Shown in pieces: positions 48,494-58,729 of a stretch of DNA of 64,000 nucleotides; within the stretch, counting starts at the first letter, position 1; every line of letters begins with the position of its first letter. The notes under the pieces were generated by a model. It saw only the letters and a program-made list of their open reading frames with translations, ran no database searches and was not told the DNA's origin. The translations under genes and the position numbers were made by a program. The stretch lies in the IMG/VR virus record IMGVR_UViG_3300033145_000788, positions 34,977 through 98,976 of that record. One strand, 5' to 3'. The DNA is from a virus.

Positions 48494-50470
48494 ATGAGTC
48501 ACGGAGCAAAAACAGAATTATTTGTAAGAAAACAGAGCGGTGGTATGTTCACGGTTGTGGATGAAGGAATGACTACTGGTAACATTTATTTTGTTGATTC
48601 GGGTAAGACTACAACCGGAGGCGATACTGCTCCTTTTGGTGATAACCCGGACCATCCTTTTTTAACCTTAGATTATGCTATCACGCAGACTACTGCGGCC
48701 AATAATGACCGTATTTATGTGATGGCTGGCCATACTGAGAGCATTGTCTCGGCAAGCGATATTGCCTTTGGGACAAAGACTGGTGTTCATGTCATCGGTT
48801 TGGGGCACGGGGCCGACCGTCCGGTTTTCACCTTTGATACTGATATTGCAGCCACGATTGCAGTCAACGCAGCTTCTACTAAGTTGGAGAATCTGGTCTT
48901 TGTTAATGGACTTGATAATATGACATCTCCGATGTTGGTGACAGCAGCTGATTGTGAGTTTATTGATGTTGAGACACGGGATAATAATAGCAGTTATCAT
49001 TGCGATGATTTCATCAAGTTGAGCAACGCTGCCCATCGGTTTCACATGAAGGGTTGGCGACATTTGGCCGGGGATGGAAAGACCGGAGCCCAGTCGGCGT
49101 TGTACATTGATGGATCAGATGATATTTTTGTTGAGGATTTTTATTGTCTCGGTGAATTTGCAGTCGCTAACATTGATAATACAACCGGCGCCGATGAGAT
49201 GCTGAGATGCGTATTCAAGCATGGACTTTTAGAGAATACGGCAATACAACCCTGTTTAGATGCTGACACCGATGCAACGGGCTATTTTTATGATGTACAT
49301 ATGAGAATAGCCTCTGGAACAACTTATATCAATGGTGATCCGGATATCCAATTCATTGAATGCTACGGGTCGAATGCGGCTGGCGGTGGTCAGGAAGAGA
49401 TTGGTAGTATTATCTCTGGTAGCGTCGAAGGCAAGATTGATGTCATTGATGGTTATCACGATGTGGCGGCAGTTGATACTTCTGACAATTTAGTAATATC
49501 AGACACCGTTGGGAATAAAGATGACACGGCAGCTACTACAGGTTCTGTGATTGCAATGGAGAAAGGTATAATCGCAGCCATCGGTGTTGTAGATGCATTC
49601 CATGATGTTCCCCTTGTTGATACTTCAGATAACGTGGTGGTATCGGATGTTCTTGGAAATAAGAATGACACCGCAGCCACCACGGGTTCTGTGATTGCAA
49701 TAGAGAAGGGGATCGTCGCTGCGATTGGTGTGGTAGACGCTTTCCATGATATTCCTACTGTTGATACATCGGACAATGTGGTTATATCAGATGTTCTCGG
49801 GAACAAAGATGATACAGCGGCTACGACCGGCTCAGTTGTTGCAATTAATAAGGGCATTGTTGCTGCCGTTGGGGTGGTTGATGCATTCCATGATGTACCT
49901 ACTGTTAACACATCGGATAATGTGGTGATGTCAGATGTTCTTGGCAACAAAGATGACTCGGCGACATCCACGGGTTCAGTGGCTGCGATTATTAAGCAGA
50001 TATTTGCTGATTCTGAAGGTTCAACAATCAATAAGGATCGGGAACAATATCTTATGGTGACGGCTGACTTTAGCCAGACTACCTGGAATGCACTTACATC
50101 TCATGAGATTCTAACTGTTACTGGCCTTAACCGGGTGAGAATTATTCCTGAGGTCCAGGCGGATGTTGGTAACGATTCGGCTACCGCGAAACTCTCACTT
50201 GGAACTGCAAATACGGTTGCGGAATTCCTTGCGGCGACCACGGCGACCGAATTAGATGCCGGTGAAATTTGGCAATCAACAACCGGAGCAAGCAATGTTT
50301 CGTCTTTGGCTCATACTTCCCTTGTGGATTACTTCATCAATGATGATGACATTGGCTATTTGATTGCGACTACGGCCACCACGGCGGGTTCCATGAGATT
50401 TCACTGTTGGTGGGAGGCATTAGAGGACGGAGCAAGCGTGGCCGCTGGTACCGGAGTAGCTTTAAGATAA
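48494..50470 (+). CDS. Virion fibre/spike protein with a beta-helix N-terminus and four 48-aa repeats
   Basis: GNIYFVDS...PFLTLDYAI...IYVMAGHTE; repeats at 49442, 49586, 49730, 49874. Confidence 0.7.
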   Translation: MSHGAKTELFVRKQSGGMFTVVDEGMTTGNIYFVDSGKTTTGGDTAPFGDNPDHPFLTLDYAITQTTAANNDRIYVMAGHTESIVSASDIAFGTKTGVHVIGLGHGADRPVFTFDTDIAATIAVNAASTKLENLVFVNGLDNMTSPMLVTAADCEFIDVETRDNNSSYHCDDFIKLSNAAHRFHMKGWRHLAGDGKTGAQSALYIDGSDDIFVEDFYCLGEFAVANIDNTTGADEMLRCVFKHGLLENTAIQPCLDADTDATGYFYDVHMRIASGTTYINGDPDIQFIECYGSNAAGGGQEEIGSIISGSVEGKIDVIDGYHDVAAVDTSDNLVISDTVGNKDDTAATTGSVIAMEKGIIAAIGVVDAFHDVPLVDTSDNVVVSDVLGNKNDTAATTGSVIAIEKGIVAAIGVVDAFHDIPTVDTSDNVVISDVLGNKDDTAATTGSVVAINKGIVAAVGVVDAFHDVPTVNTSDNVVMSDVLGNKDDSATSTGSVAAIIKQIFADSEGSTINKDREQYLMVTADFSQTTWNALTSHEILTVTGLNRVRIIPEVQADVGNDSATAKLSLGTANTVAEFLAATTATELDAGEIWQSTTGASNVSSLAHTSLVDYFINDDDIGYLIATTATTAGSMRFHCWWEALEDGASVAAGTGVALR

Positions 50471-50494
50471 ACCCTCAACCGAAAGGAAAATAAC

Positions 50495-51154
50495 GTGAAC
50501 TTAGATGGACTTCCTCCGGGTGTCATAGGGGTTGCCACTCACTATCTGGGTAGATATCGTGAATTCGATGTGTGCCTAGATAAGATTATTGCTCCAAATA
50601 GGACGGATGTTAGATGGAACATGGGGGTGAATATCGCCATGGGCTACAACAATTCCGTTCGTGTGATGCTCAAGGAAGGTTTACAGTGGACATGGATACT
50701 GGGGGACGACCATACCTTCAATTCCGATATTTTAGTTAATCTATTGAATCGGAATGTTGATGTGGTCGTTCCTCTTTGTTTAAGAAGACAGAAACCTTTT
50801 TACCCTGTTCTCCACAGTTCCCCCGCATCCGGCTTTAAACCAATGAAGGAAAAAGGTTGGGAGTTCTTGAAAGGGAAGCGAGGAATGGTGGATTTGGGAA
50901 ATTTGACTTGTGGGAATGCTGGGATGCTTATCCGGCGTTCTGTTCTTGAGAAGATGTCTGAACCCTGGTTCGAGGTTGGGCAGATTAATTCGGAATATGG
51001 ATCTACCGACCTATATTTCTGCAAGAAGTTATACGATCAGGGATTCAAAATCTATTTGGATACGGACAACCGGTTAGGGCATATAACACACGTGATAACC
51101 CTGCCTGTCAGAGGGCCTGACGGCGAACTTGGCCCAGATTTAAGGGTGCCGTAA
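50495..51154 (+). CDS. GT-A fold glycosyltransferase
   Basis: ILGDDH, GMLIRRSV, PWF, DLYFC, GH. Confidence 0.8.
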   Translation: MNLDGLPPGVIGVATHYLGRYREFDVCLDKIIAPNRTDVRWNMGVNIAMGYNNSVRVMLKEGLQWTWILGDDHTFNSDILVNLLNRNVDVVVPLCLRRQKPFYPVLHSSPASGFKPMKEKGWEFLKGKRGMVDLGNLTCGNAGMLIRRSVLEKMSEPWFEVGQINSEYGSTDLYFCKKLYDQGFKIYLDTDNRLGHITHVITLPVRGPDGELGPDLRVP

Positions 51155-52506
51155 TGCAAGTGGTACATGATTATCCGCCGGGAGTCGTGGGGATTGTTAC
51201 CTCTTCCTTGGGGCGTTATCGTGAATTCGATATGGCACTTGGAAGTTTGACCGTTCCCGATGGTTCTCAAGTCACTTGGCAATCCGGGCTTAATATTTGT
51301 CTTAATTTCAATGGTATTCTCAGGCAGATGTTAGCCGATCCAAAGTACAAATGGGCCTTTACATTGGGGGACGATCATACCTTTTCCCCTGATATCTTAT
51401 TGAGGCTCTTGAAGCACGATGTTGACGTGGTTGTCCCACTTGTGGCGAGGAGACTTCCTGCCTATGATCCGGTGCTCCACGAGGCGGCTAAGAATGGTTA
51501 TCAGCGCATCTATTGGAATTATTTTGATGACAAGGATGGCTTGATAGACATTACTCATAAGACCGTGGGGAACGCCGGGATGTTGATCAAGCGAGAGGTA
51601 ATTGAGGGGATACGGGAGCCTTGGTTTGAGGCGGGCAAGATGCACCCTGAATTGAACACCCCGGACTTGTGGTTTTCCGAGAAGCTCAGGGCGCATGGGT
51701 TCAAGACCTACATGGATCTGAATACCACTATCGGTCATATTACCCATACGGCAGTATGGCCCCAAAAGCGAAATGGCAAATGGGGAGTGGTAATAAGGTC
51801 GGCCGGGGACTTCGTGGGCAATGGGGAGACCCCAGTGGTTGAGAATTATTTCCGGCCTGTCGGAGCCTTGAATTGGAAGAAAAAGTTTAATGAATGGCGT
51901 GAGCATTACGACGAGATGGATTATAAGGATCAAATCCGCTTTTTCTTTATGTATGGCGAGGCCTTTCCGGTCCAGTTTAGATATTCACGGCAAAAGATAT
52001 TTAACCTTTTGGCTCCGTTGAAAGACAGACCGAAGGTCCTTGAGATTGGCGGCTGGCGTGGGGAGATGGCCTATGATGTTTTCAATGAAATTCCACACAT
52101 AGAACGGTGGTTGAATGTCGAGATTTGCCAGCAGGTCGTGGAGAATTCTGTTTGCTCGGACGAGAGATACGAGGTCGGGATACCTGACGATTTTATCTGG
52201 AATGTGGACCCCGGACAATTTGAGGATTTCGATGTCTTGGTCATGTCGCATGTAGTTGAGTTTATGCGGGCGAGGGATTTCGAGAAGATAATCGGGAATC
52301 TGAAGTTAATCAAGAACGTATATCTTGAGTGTTCGATTTGTGAGAAAACCGAAGATGTTGATTGGACAGATCATCTTGATCCCTGCATCTATGAATGGGG
52401 GTGGGATAGGACAATAGAGGTCATGGAGAAGTACGGATATAAATTAACATATCAAGAATTTCCTGCGGCGTTCTTTGCCCGGGAAACGGAGGACAATAAT
52501 GGGTGA
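51154..52506 (+). CDS. GT-A glycosyltransferase fused to a class I SAM methyltransferase-like domain
   Basis: N-terminus paralogous to 50495-51154; C-terminal VLEIGGWRG, FDVLVMSHVVE. Confidence 0.8.
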   Translation: MQVVHDYPPGVVGIVTSSLGRYREFDMALGSLTVPDGSQVTWQSGLNICLNFNGILRQMLADPKYKWAFTLGDDHTFSPDILLRLLKHDVDVVVPLVARRLPAYDPVLHEAAKNGYQRIYWNYFDDKDGLIDITHKTVGNAGMLIKREVIEGIREPWFEAGKMHPELNTPDLWFSEKLRAHGFKTYMDLNTTIGHITHTAVWPQKRNGKWGVVIRSAGDFVGNGETPVVENYFRPVGALNWKKKFNEWREHYDEMDYKDQIRFFFMYGEAFPVQFRYSRQKIFNLLAPLKDRPKVLEIGGWRGEMAYDVFNEIPHIERWLNVEICQQVVENSVCSDERYEVGIPDDFIWNVDPGQFEDFDVLVMSHVVEFMRARDFEKIIGNLKLIKNVYLECSICEKTEDVDWTDHLDPCIYEWGWDRTIEVMEKYGYKLTYQEFPAAFFARETEDNNG

Positions 52507-52825
52507 TGCTTATCGAGTACACGAGACGACCGGAAGCACAGATATAGATTCTTCTTTAGATCCGGGGGTTGCAGGACAGCTTGAATCGTTTGAGCTTCAT
52601 TTGGATGCGGCTGGCGGAGCTAATTCCCTTACGATTACGAGGAATTCGCTGGCGGGATCGGATTATGATGTAGTCTGGTACACCAAGGATATGACGGCAG
52701 TCACGGATATTTTGTGGGTTCCAGATAGACCTCTGCACTTTGAGGCTGGGGATTTGGTTGATATTGCGTGGACGAATGCCGGCGGGGCGACATATGGCCT
52801 CACGCTGAAATGGAGAGGGATATAA
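52499..52825 (+). CDS. Small structural protein
   Basis: Beta-rich; RBS GGAGG; in the head-tail module. Confidence 0.5.
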   Translation: MGDAYRVHETTGSTDIDSSLDPGVAGQLESFELHLDAAGGANSLTITRNSLAGSDYDVVWYTKDMTAVTDILWVPDRPLHFEAGDLVDIAWTNAGGATYGLTLKWRGI

Positions 52826-52826
52826 G

Positions 52827-53978
52827 ATGTCCATCGTTTCTGATGATGAAATATTAACCTTTTTGGACGTTGAAACGGTTGGGTATTTCCAGATTACGGC
52901 GGCTAACGATGTAATGAGATTTACGGCTTCCGCTGGCGGGACCGCGAGTATTGACATCCCAGATTCCACTTATAATGGGGCGGGGTTGGCCACGGCCCTT
53001 AATACGGCAATGGATGCGGACGCCACCCTGACGGGTGGGGCGGTCACTTTTACGGTGGCTTATTCTACATCTACCAGGAAGTTCACGATTACTCCAAGTA
53101 CGGGGACTATCGCCTATGATCATTCTGAATCTGATGGGGGTCTGACTCTTGGATTTAATGCAGACCATTCTGCCGCCTCCTCGATTACGAGTAATGTAGC
53201 GGCTGGAGATCCAATAGGTGTCGTGACCGATATTAGGGATGCAGTCGAGGATTGGATTCAAAATTCATATTGCTATCGTACTTTTGCGACGACCAGTTAT
53301 ACCCTGGAAGAATACGATGGTAACGGGGAACAGATAATCCACCTGAAGAATTTCCCTTTGACGGCGGTTGATTTGGTATGCGTTGGAACTCTCGATGTCA
53401 TAAGGATTAAGAATACGTCCGATTATACCCAAGCATCGGTCTCTGTCACGTCAACAGGGTTGAGGCTCGTCAAAGACGGGACTGCCGATGAGACGGTTCT
53501 CTGGGCATCCAATACGACCATGGCGGCTGTGGTGACCGCTGTCAATACCCTCGGAAACGGATGGGAAGCGGCAATGCAGAGTACGGCTTATAATAGTTTT
53601 GCTTCGTCATTTCTTCTTGAGCGGTGGGCGGCTAGTGCAATAGACGATAACTGGATTTATCTCCAGATGCCGGATGACCCGGAAGACGATATAAAGGTTG
53701 ATCCAGACCGGGGTCAAATCAGGAAATATAGCAAATTCCCGGAGGGATTCAGGAATATATATGTGACTTATACAGCCGGATATTCTTCGACGACCATGCC
53801 AGAAGATCTCAAGCTGGCGGTTAAGATATTGACGAAATATATTATCCAGAGGAGAGAGGAAGAAACATTCGGCGTTGATTCTTTCTGGGCAGGAAACATC
53901 AAGACTATGTTTGAAAAAGAAGCTATTCCCTTGGAAGCCAAACAGATTTTAGATAGATACCGGCGGGTGATAATATGA
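52827..53978 (+). CDS. Head-tail connector (gp6-like) with inserted domains
   Basis: IVSDDEILTFL...I..YC.RTF...YDG.G...VTYTAGY...PEDLKLAV...ILDRYRR. Confidence 0.75.
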   Translation: MSIVSDDEILTFLDVETVGYFQITAANDVMRFTASAGGTASIDIPDSTYNGAGLATALNTAMDADATLTGGAVTFTVAYSTSTRKFTITPSTGTIAYDHSESDGGLTLGFNADHSAASSITSNVAAGDPIGVVTDIRDAVEDWIQNSYCYRTFATTSYTLEEYDGNGEQIIHLKNFPLTAVDLVCVGTLDVIRIKNTSDYTQASVSVTSTGLRLVKDGTADETVLWASNTTMAAVVTAVNTLGNGWEAAMQSTAYNSFASSFLLERWAASAIDDNWIYLQMPDDPEDDIKVDPDRGQIRKYSKFPEGFRNIYVTYTAGYSSTTMPEDLKLAVKILTKYIIQRREEETFGVDSFWAGNIKTMFEKEAIPLEAKQILDRYRRVII

Positions 53979-54301
53979 GAGGCCCAAAGGTAGAATTGGA
54001 ACTCCAGAAATATAGCGATACCACGGATAGTATGGGCGGATATTCCCGTAAATGGTACGGGGCGAGGAAGATTAAAGGTGTTCTCACGGGTCTCTCTATG
54101 GACGAACGGGTCGGGGCCGATAAGGAAACAGTATATGCTACTCACCGATTCTTCTGTAGTGTTCCGCCCGCCTTGTCCATATCCTCTAAGGATAGATTTG
54201 TCATTTCCAAAGGAGGCCAGAGAATCTTTGATATCAAAACGGTCAATGATCCAACCGGGCAAGGAAGGGGTTTGGAAATAGAACTGTTGGAAGTGACCTG
54301 A
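53975..54301 (+). CDS. Head-tail adaptor / head closure protein
   Basis: DSMGG...W...ATHRF...FDIKTVNDP...LE. Confidence 0.8.
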   Translation: MRGPKVELELQKYSDTTDSMGGYSRKWYGARKIKGVLTGLSMDERVGADKETVYATHRFFCSVPPALSISSKDRFVISKGGQRIFDIKTVNDPTGQGRGLEIELLEVT

Positions 54302-54786
54302 TGAGCAAAATGGTAAATTGGAATGATAAAGCCGTTCTCCGGGAGATGCAGGGAAAGCAGAAGATTGCCTTGAATAAATGCGGGGTCACCCTTGAACGGG
54401 ACATCAAGATGTCCATGAAGAAAGGGATACATAAGCCTTATATTCGACAGAAGGCAACTGGAGGGAAAGGTGCAAAATATCATTGGTCGAGTGCCCCAGG
54501 ACAGCCACCAGCGGTAGATACCGGAAGATTGAGGGCATCTATTACATTCCAGACTGATTTTGGACCAGGAACAAAACCTGAACCAAACCCAGAGGGGAAA
54601 TCTAGTGATGGAATAAGAAAGCCCCCTAAAAAGACAAATGAGTTGATTTGTGTAGTTGGGACAAACGTGAAATATGGAAAATATCTTGAATTGGGAACCC
54701 GGAGGATGAGTCCTCGGCCATTTCTGAGAACCTCATTAGAAAGAAACCGAAGGAAAATTTTATCCTTTTTTAATTTTATGAGATGA
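54301..54786 (+). CDS. HK97 gp10-like tail component
   Basis: SAPGQPPAVDTGRLRASI, Y..YLELGTRRMSPRPFL. Confidence 0.85.
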   Translation: MSKMVNWNDKAVLREMQGKQKIALNKCGVTLERDIKMSMKKGIHKPYIRQKATGGKGAKYHWSSAPGQPPAVDTGRLRASITFQTDFGPGTKPEPNPEGKSSDGIRKPPKKTNELICVVGTNVKYGKYLELGTRRMSPRPFLRTSLERNRRKILSFFNFMR

Positions 54787-54790
54787 GATT

Positions 54791-55192
54791 ATGAGTAATG
54801 CAGTTGCGACCGCGATATATAGCAAAGTCACCGGAAGCATCAACACTTTTGATACCGCCATCGGTGGCCGTATTTACTATCAGCAGGCCCCACAGGAGGC
54901 TACGTATCCGTTTTGTGTCTTCTTTCTTATTGACGAACGGTATGACTATATGTTTCTTGAGGAATTTGAAGAGCATGTAATCCAATTCAATATTTATTCT
55001 AATGACACAGCTTCTTCCGATGAGGCCGGCGACATATATGGTTATCTGACCACTTTGTTCGATTGGTGTACATTGACTGTATCGGGATTCATTCACCTCA
55101 AAATGGAGAGGGAATTTGCAGTTCTTGATAAACTTGAAGATGATGACGTTTGGCAGTATGCAGTTCAATATAGGTTATTGATAAGAGAGTAG
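54791..55192 (+). CDS. Tail completion/terminator protein (DUF3168-like)
   Basis: GGRIYYQQAPQEATYPF...IQFNIYS. Confidence 0.8.
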   Translation: MSNAVATAIYSKVTGSINTFDTAIGGRIYYQQAPQEATYPFCVFFLIDERYDYMFLEEFEEHVIQFNIYSNDTASSDEAGDIYGYLTTLFDWCTLTVSGFIHLKMEREFAVLDKLEDDDVWQYAVQYRLLIRE

Positions 55193-55199
55193 GGCAGAA

Positions 55200-55388
55200 A
55201 TGTTCAGAGCGATTAATACAAAGGTTCGGGTGATTTGGGATATTAATGATAGGGAATATGTGGCCACAGTAGGGCTGATGCCGGGGACTAGATCGTCCGG
55301 AAAGTCGCCCGAAAGGGCCTTACTAGCTTTAGCTACGGCCATGAAAGAATACATGGAAATAATCCTAGAAGAAGGGAATAAGATTTGA
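55200..55388 (+). CDS. Solo HicB-like antitoxin domain
   Basis: W...DREYVATV..MPG..S.GKSPERAL..L..A..EY.E...EEG. Confidence 0.65.
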   Translation: MFRAINTKVRVIWDINDREYVATVGLMPGTRSSGKSPERALLALATAMKEYMEIILEEGNKI

Positions 55389-55918
55389 AAACATTTGTCA
55401 TCTTGGGAATGCACAGATCGGCGACATCACTCCCCGCCCAGGGACTCTCCAAGGCGGGTGTCCGCATGGGGGATCGCCTGTTAGGAGTTGATCCAGATTC
55501 TAATCCTTACGGGCATTATGAGGATGTTGACTTTATTCGAATGAACGAGTGGCTCTTGAATAGTGCTGGTGGTTCCTGGAGGAACCCGCCTTCTGAGCTT
55601 GATCTTGAGAAGGCCGGAAAAGAAAACGGATACATAATTAAGAAGCTTGTGCGTCGGAAGGAACGTGAACCGTTCTGGGGATGGAAAGACCCCAGGACGA
55701 CGCTGACGATCCGGATGTATCTGCCCTATTTGACCAACCCCCATTTCATAGCCTGTTTCCGAGAACCGCTTGAGGTGGCCAGATCATTGAACAAAAGAAA
55801 CGGGATTCCTGTAGAGGAGGGACTCAAACTGGCGGGAATCTATAATGAAAAACTCTTGGGATTTCTGGAGGAGTTTTCGGGTCAATATGAAGACCTCGAT
55901 TATTATACCGGTGCATAA
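55385..55918 (+). CDS. Sulfotransferase family protein
   Basis: ILGMHRSATS (5'-PAPS-binding), GHYED, WGWKDPR, REPLEVARSL. Confidence 0.85.
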   Translation: MKTFVILGMHRSATSLPAQGLSKAGVRMGDRLLGVDPDSNPYGHYEDVDFIRMNEWLLNSAGGSWRNPPSELDLEKAGKENGYIIKKLVRRKEREPFWGWKDPRTTLTIRMYLPYLTNPHFIACFREPLEVARSLNKRNGIPVEEGLKLAGIYNEKLLGFLEEFSGQYEDLDYYTGA

Positions 55919-56630
55919 TTGCTTGGAATATACCAAGCAATGTGTTGAATCCATAAAACAGTGCACCCGTGATTATGAGTTGATCATTGTAGATAATGCT
56001 TCGACCGATGGGACATTTGATTGGTTGAAGCCATTGAGAGATGATAATTCTCTTACTGCGACCTTCCTAACTACGAATCTTGGATATGCCGGGGGGATGA
56101 ACAAGGGGGCGGAGAAGGCTTCTGGGGATTATTTTTGCTTAATGAATAACGACATCATTGTCACGCCCGGATGGTTGGAGCGGTTGATTTATCATCTTGA
56201 AAATAATCTTGATCTTGTTGGACCGATGACTAATTACGTGTCCGGTCAGCAGAGGCTAATGGCAGATACCTATAAGAACCAGGAAGAATTAACACAGGTA
56301 GCCAATCAAATTTACTGGGAAAACGAAGGAAAATTCTCATTGGTCAATTGGATTATAGGATTCTGCATGGTCATGTCGGCGGAGACTTGGTATCGGATTG
56401 GGGATATGGATGAGCAATTCGGGCTGGGGAATTGTGAGGACATTGATTACTGCCTCCGTGCCCAGGACGCCGGAATAAGGATTGGGTTTGCCCAAGATGT
56501 TTATATTCATCACTTTGGGGGGCAGACATTCAAGGATGTCGGGGGTCCCGGCCTCTGCCGGGAATTGTGTATTACCAATGGGGAAAAATTAAAGAAAAAG
56601 TGGGGAAAGGAAAGGAATTATAAACAATGA
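55887..56630 (+). CDS. GT2 family glycosyltransferase
   Basis: SIIIPVHN, VDNASTDGT, MNNDI, EDIDYCLR. Confidence 0.92.
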   Translation: MKTSIIIPVHNCLEYTKQCVESIKQCTRDYELIIVDNASTDGTFDWLKPLRDDNSLTATFLTTNLGYAGGMNKGAEKASGDYFCLMNNDIIVTPGWLERLIYHLENNLDLVGPMTNYVSGQQRLMADTYKNQEELTQVANQIYWENEGKFSLVNWIIGFCMVMSAETWYRIGDMDEQFGLGNCEDIDYCLRAQDAGIRIGFAQDVYIHHFGGQTFKDVGGPGLCRELCITNGEKLKKKWGKERNYKQ

Positions 56631-57298
56631 AGGTATCTAATTACAGATTGGGGATTGCGTTACCCCTTGTGGATGACCGGGTCCCGACTCAATTTTTAGA
56701 CAGTTGGACCCTGATGGAGAAGCCGGAATACACTTACATCCGACCGGATTTTCCCGGATACATAGCCGCAGTTAGGAATAATCTGGTGGAGTATGCCATT
56801 CAGGCCGGCTGTTCGCATTTGCTCATGATGGACACGGATCAGATTTATCCATCGGATACCATAATGAAACTTATAGAGCACGACCTCCCGATTGTGGGGG
56901 CCAAGGTGCATCGGCGGTATCCGCCGTTTGATCCCATTATGTATAAATGGGATAGGGAAATCGGTAGGTATTTCATGCTTCCGGAAGAGATTTGGAAGAA
57001 CGAATCTCTGCCGGAAGTTGATGTAGTCGGGACCGGTTGCATATTAGTGGATATCAAGGTTTTCATGGACTTGGAATATCCCTGGTTCAAGCATGAATCG
57101 GTTAGCCTGAAATCCGGCCAGAAGGCGGTCGGAGAAGATGTCTACTTTTGCAGGAAGGCCAAGGAGGCCGGATACCAGATTTTTGCGGATACGACGATCA
57201 AGATTGATCATCTGGGATTGTTATCAATAAACGAAGAGACTTATGAGGTATATAAAATGTTGACCCTCATAGGAGGTAAGAAAGATGGCGGCAACTAA
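56627..57298 (+). CDS. GT-A fold glycosyltransferase
   Basis: RN.LV, MDTDQ, GTGCIL, GEDVYFC. Confidence 0.85.
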   Translation: MKVSNYRLGIALPLVDDRVPTQFLDSWTLMEKPEYTYIRPDFPGYIAAVRNNLVEYAIQAGCSHLLMMDTDQIYPSDTIMKLIEHDLPIVGAKVHRRYPPFDPIMYKWDREIGRYFMLPEEIWKNESLPEVDVVGTGCILVDIKVFMDLEYPWFKHESVSLKSGQKAVGEDVYFCRKAKEAGYQIFADTTIKIDHLGLLSINEETYEVYKMLTLIGGKKDGGN

Positions 57299-58268
57299 AA
57301 TCGGGAGGAATTGCGCCGTTAAACTCGGAAGCACCCAGATCCTTGGGCTTGGCACTTGGACTCTATCTGGGATTGATTCAGATGTCATAGAAGATACTGA
57401 ATTTGGAGATGATTATAAGACATATCAGGTGGGATTCCGGGAAGGGGGAACGATTACCTTTAATGGCTATCACGATCCGACGGACGCTACCGGCCAGACT
57501 GCATTAAAGACCTATTGGAGGGGTGGTAATGAGATAACCAGCCTCAGGCTTTATGTGGATAGCACGAGTTATTGGAGTTCGTATTCGATGGACGAGGACT
57601 GCGCCGTGATAACCGACTGGACCGATGGCGATAATGATGCCGGGGGCGGGGCCGGGGCGGCTTCTACTCAGACAACCTATGATGGTAAATCATGTTTTAG
57701 CTTTTATGTCTCGACGGCCGGTGCGGGAACATTTGCAAGAAGAACTAAAAGTTATGGAGATATCTTTCGGCAGACAACCACGATTGAGGCGGCAATAAGA
57801 TCAAATGACCTTGGTACCTTGGCGAATGTGGATTATTTTGAGCTATTGGCATATTTCTCCGCAACCCTGCAATTCCGGGCGAGATTTGCCACAGATGGAT
57901 TATATATCTATGACGGAACGTCCGATGTCGAGGTGGGGACTGATATCGTTTCAACTGGCTCTTGGCAGGTTTGGAAATTTGAAATTAGGCACGAGGCGGA
58001 TGCTACTGCGAATTGCGATGTCTATTTAGATAATATATTTCAAGAGGGAAACATTGATTGCAGTTCCACCGGTTCCGGTTACACGGCGGGGGATATCGTG
58101 CTAACCCAAAATGCGGCGACCAACAATACAACACAAACCTATCTTAATTATCTCCGGGCGCCAACGTCAACGGTGGAAATAACGAGCTGGGAGGTTAGTG
58201 CAGACAAGGCAGATTTGGTCAGATGTTCGTTCACCGCAAAGGTGGACGGACACATGGTTTTACAATAA
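57285..58268 (+). CDS. Tail tube protein paralog with a ~190-aa inserted beta domain
   Basis: N- and C-termini nearly identical to 58290-58700; insert follows VDSTSYW. Confidence 0.75.
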   Translation: MAATKIGRNCAVKLGSTQILGLGTWTLSGIDSDVIEDTEFGDDYKTYQVGFREGGTITFNGYHDPTDATGQTALKTYWRGGNEITSLRLYVDSTSYWSSYSMDEDCAVITDWTDGDNDAGGGAGAASTQTTYDGKSCFSFYVSTAGAGTFARRTKSYGDIFRQTTTIEAAIRSNDLGTLANVDYFELLAYFSATLQFRARFATDGLYIYDGTSDVEVGTDIVSTGSWQVWKFEIRHEADATANCDVYLDNIFQEGNIDCSSTGSGYTAGDIVLTQNAATNNTTQTYLNYLRAPTSTVEITSWEVSADKADLVRCSFTAKVDGHMVLQ

Positions 58269-58289
58269 ACTTTTATGGAGGATTGAAAA

Positions 58290-58700
58290 ATGGCAGCAAC
58301 GAAAGTTGGAAGAAATTGTTCCGTTAGAATCGGAACCAAACAAACCCTTGGAATCGGGACCTGGACGATATCGGGCATTGATGCCGATGTCATTGAGGAT
58401 ACTGAATTCGGGGACACATACAAAACTTACGTGATTGGATTCCGGGAAGGTGGAAATATCAGCTTCAGTGGGCATTATGATCCGACTGATGCATCCGGTC
58501 AGGATGTAATAAGAACGGCTTGGGAAAACGCCACAGAAGTGACGAGTCTTCGGCTTTATGTAGACAGCACAAGTTATTGGCTGGTTTCTGATTCCATTGG
58601 CGGGCTTTATATCACGAGCTGGGAAGTCAGCGCCGATAAGGCCGATATCGCAAGATGTAGTTTTACGGCCAAGGTCTCCGGATTGATGGAACTTCATTAA
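58290..58700 (+). CDS. Major tail tube protein
   Basis: 136 aa; D..EDTEFGD.YKTY..G...G.ISFSG.YD; precedes the chaperones and TMP. Confidence 0.75.
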   Translation: MAATKVGRNCSVRIGTKQTLGIGTWTISGIDADVIEDTEFGDTYKTYVIGFREGGNISFSGHYDPTDASGQDVIRTAWENATEVTSLRLYVDSTSYWLVSDSIGGLYITSWEVSADKADIARCSFTAKVSGLMELH

Positions 58701-58729
58701 TAACCTTAACTAAAGAAAGGAAAAAAGAA

